Shown here in pieces: positions 36,231-49,420 of a DNA stretch of 64,000 nt. How positions within the stretch are numbered: position 1 is the stretch's first letter; every line of letters starts with the position of its first letter. The notes under the pieces are model-generated. The model saw nothing but the letters and a program-made list of their open reading frames with translations, made no database searches and was not told the DNA's origin. A program made the position numbers and the translations under genes. Origin of the DNA: Geosiphon pyriformis uo1 (Eukaryota > Fungi > Glomeromycota); contig JAAOMT010000705.1 of assembly GCA_016748015.1 (NCBI GenBank), positions 37,222-101,221 on the forward strand. Reading direction: 5' to 3'.

Positions 36231-39200
36231 TTAATCACTACTTTTTTTAGAATTTTCTTGGTAATTTTAATCTGTAATTTTTTAAATTAAGTATTAGTGA
36301 TTTTTTCTAACTGGTTAATAATTACTGTGTTCATGACTGAGTATAATAGTATTTTTGGCCAGTCTTAAAATCTTAATTGTAGTTAGTAAATTACTTTTAC
36401 ATATGTGATTAAACTGGTTTTTCTTACAAATTATTCTATTTGTTATAAAATAACTGAATCGAATATTTACTTGGTTTTATTTGTATACAAATTCTGAATA
36501 ATTGGTTTTTTTTTCAAGTAATAGTAACAAAAATTCTTAAAAAATTGTTGTGTTTATTGATTTTATTTTATTTTAATTAATTTATTAGATAATATTACTA
36601 TTATTAAGTTTTTAAAAGTGATTTTTACTTTTTTAATATTTTGTTTATTATATTTTTAGCAATAAATAGTATGTAGTACTGTAAATTATTCTAATGTCTT
36701 TGTTTTTTTTCTGTGTTTTTATATTGAATAATTTATTGATTAATTGTAATTTTCATATTTAATTTTTTCTGTTTAATTAGTTGGAACAGTTATTTGTGCA
36801 ATTATGTAAATATTATCTGTAATTTCCATTTTTTATTATTTTTTATCACATGTACTAAAGTTTTTATATAATTTTAGTTAAATTTTTTGACATGTTTACT
36901 TCAATAATTATAATTGGTTTCAGATTTTGTGAGATTTTTTCTAGTTAAACTATTATTCTTTATACTTTCAATTATAGAATATTATTAATAGATAATAATA
37001 TTATATTTTAATATAATTTTAATTAATTACTATATACTACTTTGATTAGGATTTTATTGTCTTATCTTAACTTATATAATCTATTTTCCAAAAAATTTTT
37101 AATGTAAAATAAACTGTTCTATTTAAGATTAAGCTTTTTACTTTATTGTTTTTCTGTTTAAGTATAATATAATAATAATTTGTTTTCAATCTTAAATTTA
37201 ATTAATTTATTTAACAATTAATTATTACATTATTTTTTTTGTTTTTTTTGTAACTTTTTAATATTATTAACTACTTTTTTTTTTGTTTTCTAAAGTTTTA
37301 TCAAGTCATATGTTATTTGATTTAATAACAATTTTTTTGGATATTTATGTTAACAAATTAAATTTTAGTATATAAATTTAGTTATAAATTTTGCATCTGC
37401 TTTTTAAATAGCTTTAGTTTTTGGCTATTTGATAAAATAGTTTATTATTACTGTTATATATCTACTGTTTTATTAGTAATAGTTAATAGTCTTATTAAAT
37501 TAATTCTAATTTGACAAAATGGCTGTTTTACTTTAATTGGTCTTAGTAGTTTATTGGGTTTGCTCTTTTTTTTTTAATAAGCATTATAATTATAAACATA
37601 TTAAATAATATTTGGATATATAAATAGCCAATAATATTTTTTTTAGTTTTTTTAATATTTTTTTTTTTATAAAAATATTTTTTTGTTGAATCTAAATATA
37701 TGTTAAAAAATATTGTTTCTTTTTCTAATTTTATTATTACTCTAAATAATTGGTTTAGTTTTTTTTTATTTTTTTAATATAATATATTTTAATAAATGAT
37801 AAAATATTCTGATTGCTGTTTTATGTTATTTTGTTCTTCTAAAATAATTTTTTCTTGAACTGTAAAGTATTAATATAATATTAAAATTGTTTGTATTTTT
37901 GTGTATTTATTTTTGACTTATTTTTGGGTCAAAATGTTCTTAAATTTGTTTTATTTTGAACTATTTATTAATATTTCTGTTTTTTTTTTGTAATATACTA
38001 TATAATTAAATAATGATAATTCTATTTTCTATCTTATATAATAATTATTTCTAAATTTTTGCTTTTAAATAGATATTAACTCTTTGTAATTTGTGTATAT
38101 TATAAAGTTTTGACTTAAATAATTTTTTTATTTTATTATAATTTAATATATAATTAAATATTTTAATGTTGAAGTGTTATAGTTTCTTTTTATTGAACTT
38201 AAATTTTGACTAATATATACTATTGAATGTTCTTATTTATCAAATTTTTATTGTAATAAAACTGTTTTTAATGCTTAATTAAATATATTAGTAATAATTA
38301 TAAATAATTTATTATAATTTAAATAGATTAGTATAGAAATCTAAATAAGTTTTTTTTAGTATATTAAAAGCTTTTTGTTGTTGTTTTGTCTATTCATATT
38401 TAATATTTTTTATTTGAAATTTGTAAAATAATTGAGCCAATTTAAAGAAGTTGTAAATGAAACACTGGTAATATTTAGCAAATTTCAAAAATATTTTTAG
38501 TTTTGTGAGATTTGTTAATACTAAAAAGTTTTTAACTATTTCAATTTTATCTGAATCTGTTTTTATGCTATCTTTACTAACAATATATTTCAAAAACTTG
38601 AGTTTTGTTTTTCTAAAAAAGCACTTAGTAATATTTAATTTCAATTCAGTTTTTTTAATCTTTTAAATATTTGTTAAAGATAATGAAAATAATTATTGAA
38701 TGTTTTGAAAAATACTTTGGTATTATCTAAGTATACAACTATTGATTTTTATATTATTTTAATATAAAAAATTTTTATTAGACATTAAAAAATAACTGGT
38801 ATGTTGATTAAATTAAAAAACATAATATCAAAGTCAAAATTTTTTTCTTTTATAGTAAGTACTATTTTTTTTGGTCAATTAAATTATTGACTATTTGTTA
38901 ATAACTATTATTTAAATTTAATATTAAAAACTATTTTTTTTCTTCAAAAGTGTTAAATAACTTTTGAATATATAAAGTTAAATAACTATTGTTATAAATA
39001 ATACTGTTAAGCTTTTTATAGTTTATACAAAAGCAGATCTTCTTATTTTTTTTCTAATTAAAACTACTAATAATAACTATAAACTTATAAATAATTGAAT
39101 TAAACTATTATTCAATATTTAATTAATTTTTTGCCAAATAATTCTTAACTAATAAATAATACTTAATATGCTTTTTGTTTAATTGACATTGTATTTTTAG

Positions 39201-39729
39201 TTTTATTTAATGCTAAATAATATTAGCTTTATTAAATTTATTTTTACTTGCAAAGATATTAGCAAAGTTGTTAAGCAATAGTTTAAATTGTCTAAATTTA
39301 TTTGTTTTAACTATTTTGATTATAGTAAACAATATTTTTTTTCTGTAGATAATTTGTAATGTAATATTTATATATCTGCAAAGTTGTATAAAATTTAGAA
39401 TAATAATTGATAACTGTTTTCAATTTTAGTATTTAAGTATTCAATAATAATTATAATTAGTAGTTTTATTGGGTTTTTTGTGATATTATAGATTAAAATC
39501 TTAATATATTTGTGATTTTTGGCTGGTAAATATAATAATAACAATCTCTTTTAATTTATAAATAGTTGGTTCTATTTCAAAAATTTAGAGTTAATTCTTA
39601 ATGTTTCTAACTACTTTTAAGACATATTAATTATATAATAGAATAGAAATTAATTGATTAATTAAGATAACTTTTCTTAAATTAATTACTTCTTTTTTTA
39701 TTATATAAATTAAAATATTAGTTTTTTTA

Positions 39730-40120
39730 ATTGATTTGAACTTATTAATTTCTTGTTTTTACTAATACAAATTAAGCTATTTTAATTAAAGGTAGAAATA
39801 TTACTTATATTATTTTTTTGGTTTAATATTATATGCTTTTTTTAATTTATTTTGTAATATTATAATTATATTTTTTATATATTTTATATTAACTATTTCT
39901 TTTTTATAATGATTTTTTTTATTAAGTTAGATTTAGATACTAATTGAATTATTATTGTTGTTAAAATTTTCAGTACTATTTTTAAATCTATATAATTACA
40001 TAAGTTGGGTTTTAAAATAATGACATTTTTTTCTAAATATCTAAAATTAACTCTTATATTAGTATTATATATGTATTTTGACATAATATTTTTATTATTA
40101 TTGTTAAACTATTTTAGTTT
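39730..40120 (-). pseudogene. dUTPase relic within Gypsy-3 pol
   Basis: MSKYIYNTNIRVNFRYLEKNVIILKPNLCNYIDLKIVLKILTTIIIQLVSKSNLIKK corresponds to MPERAHDTDAGFDLRYPG...IDLKIALEIP...QLASRSSLAKKG. Confidence 0.75.
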
Positions 40121-43100
40121 TTGCTCTATTAAAAAATCTGAAAGTACAATATATTGTTTTAAATTTAAATTTGAATTTAAATTATTGTTATTATTTTTAT
40201 TATAGACAATATTAAAACTATTATCAGAATTTAAATTGAAATTAATATTTGATTTTAATTTTTATGTATATTTATTAATTAGTTTTTTTTCTGAAATAGT
40301 GTAAATTATGTGAAATAATAGATTGTAAATAATATTATAGTTATTATAATACTTAAATTAACATGAAATTAAGCAATATTTACAAAGTTTTATATTTAGA
40401 TATTCCAATCATTATTCCTGTTTTTTTTAATAAATTCAAATTTTGGTAATATTTTTGAAATATTTTAAGATTATTAGTAAACAGATTATTCATTTTTTTA
40501 ACTATTATTAAGATATTTTTAATGACATATATTTTTGTAATAATAACTTCTTTCTTTTTTACTGTGGTTATTTTTCAAATTTTATTTTTATTATAAGAAT
40601 ATAAGTTTAACTAATTAATTGCTTAACTATAAGCAGTAATAAAAGAAATTTTTTTGCAGACTTAGTTATTGATAAAAATATTATATTAGCAGAATTTATT
40701 ACATGTTTTTTTTCTATTAAGAATATTATTTCATAGTTTTTTATTTAATAGAATTTTGTTATATGTAAAATACAACAAGTTATTCTATTTGTTTTGTTAT
40801 TTTGATTACTTAAATTATTTTTAGTAATGAACTTTACAGTAGTAATAGGTGTAAGTGTCATATTTTTCTTTTAATAATATGTAAATTCTTATAAATAAAA
40901 GTTTTTTGTTATAATTTTTACATTTAAGTGAAATATAAGGTAATTGCTTTTTTGGTTTTGGTTTTAAATATAGAATATATTAATTATTAACTAATTTATT
41001 TATAAAGATAATAACTTAAAGTTTGTTTTTTTTTGTTTTTTTTTCTACATAGATACTAATAGCAATTTTTGGTAATCTTCTTTTATCCAAAATGTTAAAT
41101 AGATTTTCCAAATAGATTTTTTATTTTTTTATTTTAATTAATAATTGTTTTTTTGAAATAATCTTAAAATAACTACAAGTAGTAAATACTCAATTATGTT
41201 GTTTAGTATATATTAATTGAAGTTCTTAAATATTCTAATTAAGCATAATATTGGTCTTAAACAGTCAGTTATTATCAATAAAAGCTTAATACTACATAGT
41301 TTTTATTACCAAAACTTTAATTGGCATAATAATGCTATTGACTTTGAATAAAAAATTATTAATTTTATTAATAGAAGTTTTTATAATTCTATTAGCTGTT
41401 TTTATTCTAATATTAACAGTACAATTAACTTGACAATTTAATTAGTCTATAAGTTATTGAGTAATAATACTATCTGTTAACTTATTATTAAGGATAAGCT
41501 TAATAAAATAACTATTAACTTTGACATGTACATAATAATAATTGGTTTAATATTAAAAACAATTTTACTAAATAACAAAATTTTTACTTGGTTTTTTAAT
41601 TCAAAAAAAAATATTATAATTAGTGATTTATTTTTTGTAACAGTTGCTGATAAAATATTGTTAATAAGTAGTGTTTTTGAGTTTTCTAAGTTATTGAATA
41701 GATTGTTTGTTAAGATAATTAAAAGATTTAAATATTTTTAAGAATTTGGATTTTGAACATACTTATTTTTTAAATTCTGTTAACATGATTCTGTTTATTG
41801 ATTTAATAAATTAGAAATTGATTAGTATATAACTATTATTAATTTTTAATTTTATTAAATATAAGTAATTTTTGGTTTTTGATTTCTAGTAATTATTTGA
41901 ACTGAGATTTAGAATAATATTTAAATTTGTTGAACTTAATAAATTATTTATGACTATAAAGTTTAATAAATTACTAGTGCTAAGACTTAATATATTAGAA
42001 ATATGTATATTGATTATATTATTTAAAAGTAATAAAACTGATATTAATATTGTTTTTAGAATTAATTATTGGCATAATTTGGGGTTTAAAACTGATAATT
42101 AAAGTTTCTATATGGATTATCTAATTATAAATTATTAAACTTTGAGTAATAGTCTGCTTTTAAGTATTTTTGTTTATAATATTAATAGTAAATATACATC
42201 TTTTGTTGTCATAGTAAATTAGTTAACAATAATAATAATAAACATAATGATTCAGAAAATAATTATAGTTTTCTTGATTGTTGTAATATTAAAAAGATTA
42301 ATAAATTAATTAATAATTAATTAAATATTTTTCTATTTTCTGAATAATTAATTTGTCAAAATTGTTTTAATTTGGTATCTAATTTAAATAATTTATTTAT
42401 TATTAGATTTATGGCTTGTACATAATTTGTTTTAAGCTCTGTTAGTTCAAAATTTTTGACATAAGTAACTGTATTTTAAAAAGTATTTGGGTATAATAGA
42501 CATACTTATTATAATAAACTGTTATATAATTTATAAATAAACTGGTTTAAAATTTGGAGTACTATAAAGTAATTCATGTTAATAACTTGTAAATTTCTGT
42601 AAAAATATTTTAAATAGGTTGTAACTACTTTTGTATTATTTTGTTTAATAATAATAAAGTTAGTTAATAGATAATTGATACTATTATAATTACTAAAATA
42701 CTATAAAATACAATTTTAAATGCATTAAAATTGTTAAGTTTATTTACAAAATTCTAATATAATAAGTTGGTAGTATTCTGCAAAAGGTATAAAATAACTT
42801 AAAAAATTTTAACATTATCTTAATTATTGATTATAATAACTTTTTTTACATTATTAAACCAGATTTATATATTGTTCTTTTTGTTAATAAATTTTTTAAG
42901 TTTAGTAATTAGTGCATATACTATTAATTCTAAAAATAAATTACCAATTTGTTATTAATAAATAGCTATTAAAGCAACTAAAAATGAATTAATCTGGATA
43001 ATTGAAAATAAGTTTTGTTAAAAAATAGAAGTGAAATTTGGATTGTTTAAGTTTATATAATTAGAATTTGAATAATTTTAAGAGTTTGAACTCTTAATAA

Positions 43101-43817
43101 TTTTAAAATCAAATTTTTTTCAATATTTATTTAATTACTAATAAATTCAAAATTAGATTAAAATAATAGTAATTAGCTTTTTAATAAAATTGTTAATTGT
43201 AATTTAAGTTTCTTAAAGTAATTATTATAGGTTTTTAATAATTATAATTTTTTCTAATTGTTTTGAAACAAGACTTGAATTATAAATGTTTTATAGTTAA
43301 TAATAATATAAATTCTGATAATATATTAATAGTATTTTTAGATATATAATAAGTATAACAAAAAAATGATCCTTTGTTTTTTTAAGTAGATAGATATATA
43401 TTCTTTGAGATTTTTGCTGATATTTATAATCTATTTTTTTTATATACAAAAATAATTGAAAATTTTTGTTGTGTATATTTTGAAATCTCACAATTTATTT
43501 TGTTAATAATTAAAGCAAAATTGTAATTTTGTAATAAATTAGTATTTTAAAATAATTTGTTGTAAAAATTTTTTTTGTTAATTTGAAATCTACTTGTCCT
43601 TCTAAAAAATATACAATCTATTTATTAATATAGAAATTGAAGATTAATTTGGCTGAAATAATTGTTTATTAATTCTAACTCTTGTTAATATTGTTAAAAT
43701 AAGAATTTTGCAAATTCAAGTAATTTGCTTTTATAATTTTTGAATCTGCCACTTTTTTATATGATTAATAATAATGTTTTGTTTTCTGTTAGATTATACT
43801 TTACAAAAAGCACCAAA

Positions 43818-44737
43818 TATTATAGATAAGAGAATTTGAGTATTGGCTTTGATAATTAAAATCCATAATTTGGTGCTAATTAGTTAATAATAATAAAATT
43901 TTAAATGTTTCTGTAATCTAAAAATTTTGGTTTTAAGTTTTTTGTATAATAGATAAAAATTCAATTTGTATTGTCTTTCCGAATTTTTTTTAACATAAAA
44001 ACCAGTTTAATCTAATAGTTATATTCTTTTAATAAATTATTCTTAAGATTTCACTCTTGTTTTATGAATTTTTTACCAGACTATTTTTAATATTAATAAT
44101 TTCAGTGCTTAATCTCTTAATCAATTAATATATATAAAACACAATTAATAATATAAAATAAAATAAAACCAATAAAAAAAAAGAAAAAATTAGTATCTTA
44201 TTAATAGTAATATTAAGAACTATTGTTTTTATATAATTAAATTTTAGAGTTTATTAGCATAAATACTAATAAGTGAAAACAATAAGTATTTATTCAAATA
44301 ACTATAATAGCATATATAATAAAGTATATAATATTTTTATTAAAATAAGTATGATTTTATTTTAAGTTATAGAAAACTAACTTTTAAAATAGAATAATAA
44401 ATAGAATTTAAATTAAAAATTTTTGTCTTTAATTATTTGTCTGTCTTTTTTTTTCTTAATGCTATTGTTATATATACATAATTTTTATTGTACAAAATTT
44501 CTTAAAATCTTTTTATTTTTTCTATATGATATTTTGGAATCTTGAAATTCTGCAATTTCTGTTAAATGAATTTTTAAAATTTCTAAAATTCTAAAATTTT
44601 GTAATTTCTGTTGAACGACTTTTTGAAATTTTGGAACTCTAAAAATTCTTGTAAAAAAAATTTTAGGTTTTTTTTATATCTACTTCTTATTGGTTATTTT
44701 ATTTAATTATTATTTTTCTTAATTTATATAAGTAATA
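43818..44737 (-). repeat. 5' LTR of Gypsy-3
   Basis: Adjacent PBS (agcaccaaa on + strand); direct repeat of 35359-36230. Confidence 0.85.
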
Positions 44738-47700
44738 TTATTTTTTTTGATATTTAATATTATAGTTAAATTTATTTAAGTAGATAATCTAATAAATAAG
44801 CCTTTTATAATCCAGTTTTTTTTGTTTTTTAGCCAAATTAGGACTTAATAATTAGTATACATATCAAATTTTTTTTTTATAAAGTACTTATTTTAATAAT
44901 TAGTAGACTATATTACTGTTAAGCACTTTTTTTAATTATTATGTAGTTTTCTTTGAAAATTTCAAATGTTTTTTGTTAAAAGATGCTTCAATAATAATTT
45001 ACATTTTTTTTTAAAAATTAATTAAGTAAATGTGTTATTTTAGAGAAATTTTTAATAAAATTTTAATAGTATAAAGTTAATTTTAAAAAAAATTGTAGTT
45101 CTAAAATATTTATCAGTTGTTTAAATTTTTGTACTTTTTTAATCTTAGTTGAATTTGAAAAAATTCTATTTTTTGTTACAAAACGTCTTAAAAACTAAGT
45201 AAATTGTTTTCTAAAAAATAATTTGATAGAATTAATCTTAAGTTTAGTATTTTTTAAGAGATTAAAAACTTTTTAAAAATGTTTTAGATGTTTATTCTAT
45301 GTTTTAGAATATACAATTATATTATTTAAATATATAAAAACAAACTTTTAATGTTCTAATCTGAATACTTTATTTATTAATCTTTGAAATATGAATAAAT
45401 TATTTGTTAATTTAAAGAGTATTATAGTAAACTTGTAAGTTCTATAGTTTGTAATAAATGCAGTTTTTTTTATTGGCAAAATTTATTTCTATTTATTAAA
45501 ATTTAGCAGTTAAATTAATTATTGTAAAATATGCTAAGCTTTTAAATTAATTAAGAATATTATTAACTTTAAAAAAAAGATATATATCTTTTTTAATAAT
45601 TGTATTTAGTTGTTAATAATCTATACTGAATTGTAAAAATCCTTTTTTCTTAGATATTATTATAACAAAAAATGTCTATTTCTTTTTGGTTTTTTATATA
45701 AATCTAAGTTTTTTTATTTGGTTTATTTTTTTTTGATAAATTCATTATTTTGTCAATTTAATTAATAGAATTTCAAATGAATTAATTAAATATTCTTGGT
45801 TTTAATAGCATATTGAATAAAATTTATTTAGCCAGAATGTTTTTTTTTTAATATTACTGTTTTATTTCTTGCTAAAAGATTTTTAATATCAATTTTTCAG
45901 TTATTTTTACTGGGTTTTTTTTGGTTTAATTACCAAAATTGGATTTTAAGTACTTTTTTTTAAATAATTTTTGTACAGCTTTAATTTTTTTATCAAAAAT
46001 TAAACTAATTAGTTCCTAATTTTTAAAGAAAGATAAACAAAACTTGTATTCATTACTTAAAAAATAAAAAAGATAATTGCATTAGTATTAAGCACATGAA
46101 TTATGCTATTAATAAATTTATTTTGCTTTTTTTTAAATTATTCTCTAAACATTCTTTTGAGCATATTGTAATATAACCAATAAATAATTTTTTTATTAAC
46201 AATTAATTTTTTATTATTAATTTGTATATTATCTAAAAGATAGTAAAAACTAATTTAGTTTTTTTATTATCATTATTATTTTTTTTAATTTTTATTATTG
46301 TTTTGTTGTTGTTAGATTACAACAACAAAAAATAGTTCAATAGTAACATTTGACTACAACTAATTAAAATTCACTTTAAAATATAAGTTTGTAAAATTTA
46401 TAGTTAAAAAAAGCTTTTGCTTTCTTTAACTATTTATTTTTAATAATTATAATATAATTTTTTGTTTCTGATACTTCTATATTAGTTTTAACAATTCTTA
46501 AATTTTTTTTCTTATTTTTATAGATATTAGTTATAAATTAAATTGATAATTTATTAATTTTTTTTTCTATTGTATTTAAAAATACTAGACTATAATACTA
46601 ACTAATAAACTGCTATTTAATATTAGATTTATGTAATAATTAACAACTTAAGCTTTACAAATAAGGAAAGTAATATTATTACTAAAAGCTAATATTGTTT
46701 ATTAAAAGTATTTATTGGTCTTGAGTTGTTTTTTTTGGAGTATCAAAGATTTTTAAGATTTTTTCAAAAATAAAAATGTTTTATAAGCTGACCAAAAGTA
46801 ATATAAACAGATTTTTATCAAATCTTTTACAACTGAATAAAACTTAATTTTTGGATAATTTCTGGTAATTCTAATTTTAATGAGTTTTAAATATTTTTAT
46901 TTTTGAAACTTTATTCTTGTTGTTAAATATTGAAACAATAGTCTTAAAATTTAAATTAAATTCTTTTTTCTGTTTTTTAAATCTGGTATGACTTGATGGC
47001 TTGTTATTGTTTTTTTGTATTTTTGTACTATTATTTTATTAAATTAAAATTAAATAAAAGATTTTTTTCTTCTTGGTCTGTACTTTTACTCTTAGAAGAT
47101 ATGTTTATTAATTTAAAAATTAATATTTAATTGTTTCAATTAAGAGATTCTTTCCAAAAAAATTTACATGAGCCTAATTTGGATTTGAATTAAGATTTTA
47201 ATTATTGTTAATTTTATTGTTTGGCTGATTATTATTTTTTAAAATTAAAGAAAATATTAGAGAATTATTATAATTTCGTATTAAATAACCAATATTTTCA
47301 CATTGATAACAAACAAAAAAGCCTTGTTTTTTGGGTCTTGAATTATATTGAAATTGCTATAGCTAATTAACAAAGTTAATATTGAATTCTTTAAGATCTT
47401 TGATTTTTTTGAACTGCTTTAATTAATGGTTTTAAAAGTCAAGCAAAATTTGCTGTTAACTTATCTATTAATTGTTTACTTAGATTTTAAACATAAGCAA
47501 TAAATAATACAAAAACTAATTAAGAAAAAAAAGCAAAGATAAAAGCAGTTATTAAAAAAAAAATTATGTTTTTTAAGTGTATTTGTTAATTATCTTCGAT
47601 TTTTTGTGCTATTTTTATTGTTAAATCTTAGATAAAGTTATTTTTAATAACGAAAAAAAGCCATATAGCATAAGATAAATCTGCTTTTAATCTTTTTATA

Positions 47701-47870
47701 AATATATTTTCTGTTTTTTTGTTTAATTTTTTCTTAAGTTAACTTATTTTATTAATTTTTTAATTGTTTTAGCATATTTAATAATACTTTTTCTAGAGTT
47801 TTGCACTCTTTTTTCCAATTTTATTTTCTATTTAGATATTAATATTGTAGTGCAAAATTTTTTTCAAATT
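44738..47870 (-). pseudogene. Gypsy-4 gag-protease-RT-RNase H relic (no dUTPase); continues at 35358 beyond the Gypsy-3 insertion
   Basis: KTAFITNYRTYKFTIILFKLTN...FQRLINKV (RT, ~45370-45470); LICKA*V..YYINLILNSS (protease ~46600); RNase H end VYTNY*VLIWL...NYNIKY abuts the LTR at 44737. Confidence 0.8.
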
Positions 47871-49160
47871 TGGTGGTAAAAAAAGTTGCATTTTGTTTAG
47901 CATTTTTAAGTAATCATCAAATTATTTGTTAGACAGTTCTATTATTGGTTTTTTGAATAAACTATATAGCAAAATCTTTAAAAATATCCTTTTACTATTT
48001 GAAACTTATATTTATTATTATATTGATTTGCTGTAACAGCTCTTTTAAAGTCTTTAAACTATTCTATCAGGTCTTAAAAATTTTCTTTAAACAAAAGTAA
48101 AAAACTTATATTTCTTTAACTTAATATGATTTGAATGTTTTAAAAGACTAATAAAATATTTGTTTTATTATGTGCTATAATTAAAATAGATATTTGGAAT
48201 AAAAAGTTTGAATTACTTAAAAAAAGTTCGAAAACAAGTGCTGTTTAATAACTTTTTTTATTTTTAATTTTTAAGAGAGTTTTAAATTGTTAATGATTAT
48301 TTATTTAAGTATAAATTTATTGATTTAAGATTTCAAATTCAAAAAAAGTTGACTAAAGTAACTGAAAATAATAATTGGTTGATATAATTGTCTCAAGTTT
48401 TAAATTTTTTTTTAAGATATACTTGATTATAAATATAAACAGTATATATTAAGTAGATTTTAGCTAAATATTTAATTAAAAACCAATTCCAAAAATTTTA
48501 GAATTCTTGATTAGACTGTTTTTTAACTGAAAAACAAATAAGGCAAAATGAAAAAAGATTGAGTTTAATATAAGTTAGATTATTTTAATTGTATACTATA
48601 AAGTAATTTTGTGTTTCTATTGTTAAAAAAGAGTAGTTATTCATATAATAATAAATAATTTAAGAATTTAACATCTTACAAAAAGCACTACTTTTAAGTT
48701 ATAGTTAGATTAATAAACTAATAAATAGTAAAACGGAATAGTATTATATAATAATAAAATAAGTAAAAGAATAATTCAACTTTAATAAGTGAATTGAATT
48801 AATAAAAATTCAATATATAAAATCAATTTCATAAATATTTTATTTGCTATTTTTTTTAAAAAATAACAAAAAAATTGGAAGGTAGAGGAATAGTCTATAC
48901 TATTAACAAAAGATAATACACTAATATAATTTTATGTTTTATATTAACATTCTTAAAATTCAATATTAAATATTAGTTGTACTTTTCAGTAAATATTTAT
49001 TTAATATACTTTATAAAAATTAATATTTTTACAAATTAAGAAAAAAAAAAAGAAAAAAATAGTAAAAGAAAAATAAAAGAGTTAATATTATTGTATTAAT
49101 CTAAATATAATTCAAATATAAATAGTTTTCTATAATTTAAAAAAAAGTTTTATTTATATA

Positions 49161-49220
49161 TTTTTTATTTTTAATTTATTTTAACGAGTGAGGTCCATAC
49201 ACTGCCTAGTACAATATATT
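49161..49220 (-). mobile_element. ~60-bp 5'-truncated LINE 3' end
   Basis: Reverse complement atatattgtactaggcagtgtatggacctcactcgttaaaa(A-tail) matches the LINE-A end atatatagcactaagtggcatttaaacttcactcgttaaa. Confidence 0.8.
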
Positions 49221-49234
49221 CTTTAAAAAAAATT

Positions 49235-49420
49235 AATGATCAGAAAAATAATTATATTAATAATTCAGCCAATAACCAAGTCAATAATTAAGTTAATAAT
49301 CAAGTTAATAATCAAGTTAATAATCAAATTAATAATTACATCAATAATTAGGTCAATAACTTATTTTAAAAATAGGTTGGCTAATTATGAAATATCAATT
49401 GTTAATATATATGGTTAATT
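49235..49420. repeat. 12-bp tandem (TYAATAATCAAG)n plus unique terminus; inverted homolog of 2225-2380
   Basis: Visible 12-bp periodicity ~49270-49360; reverse-complement similarity to 2225-2380. Confidence 0.7.

Larger units (their letters stand above)
35359..44737 (-). mobile_element. Structurally complete, heavily decayed Ty3/Gypsy Gypsy-3 with dUTPase
   Basis: LTRs 35359-36230 and 43818-44737, PBS 43809-43817, purine tract ~36238-36250. Relics: gag ~41800-43700, protease ~41200-41530 (IKLILNNKLTDSII), dUTPase, RT ~38390-39250 (KCFFRKTKLKFLKYIVSK), RH and IN ~36950-38350. Confidence 0.9.

Noticed and set aside
22590-44742. Target-site duplications for the LTR elements
   Set aside because: Flanks of 22595-26468 do not match (catgc/ataac); TTAT on both sides of Gypsy-3 is too weak in AT-rich DNA
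49236-49418. ORF with IIKL repeats
   Set aside because: Translation of a 12-bp DNA tandem repeat
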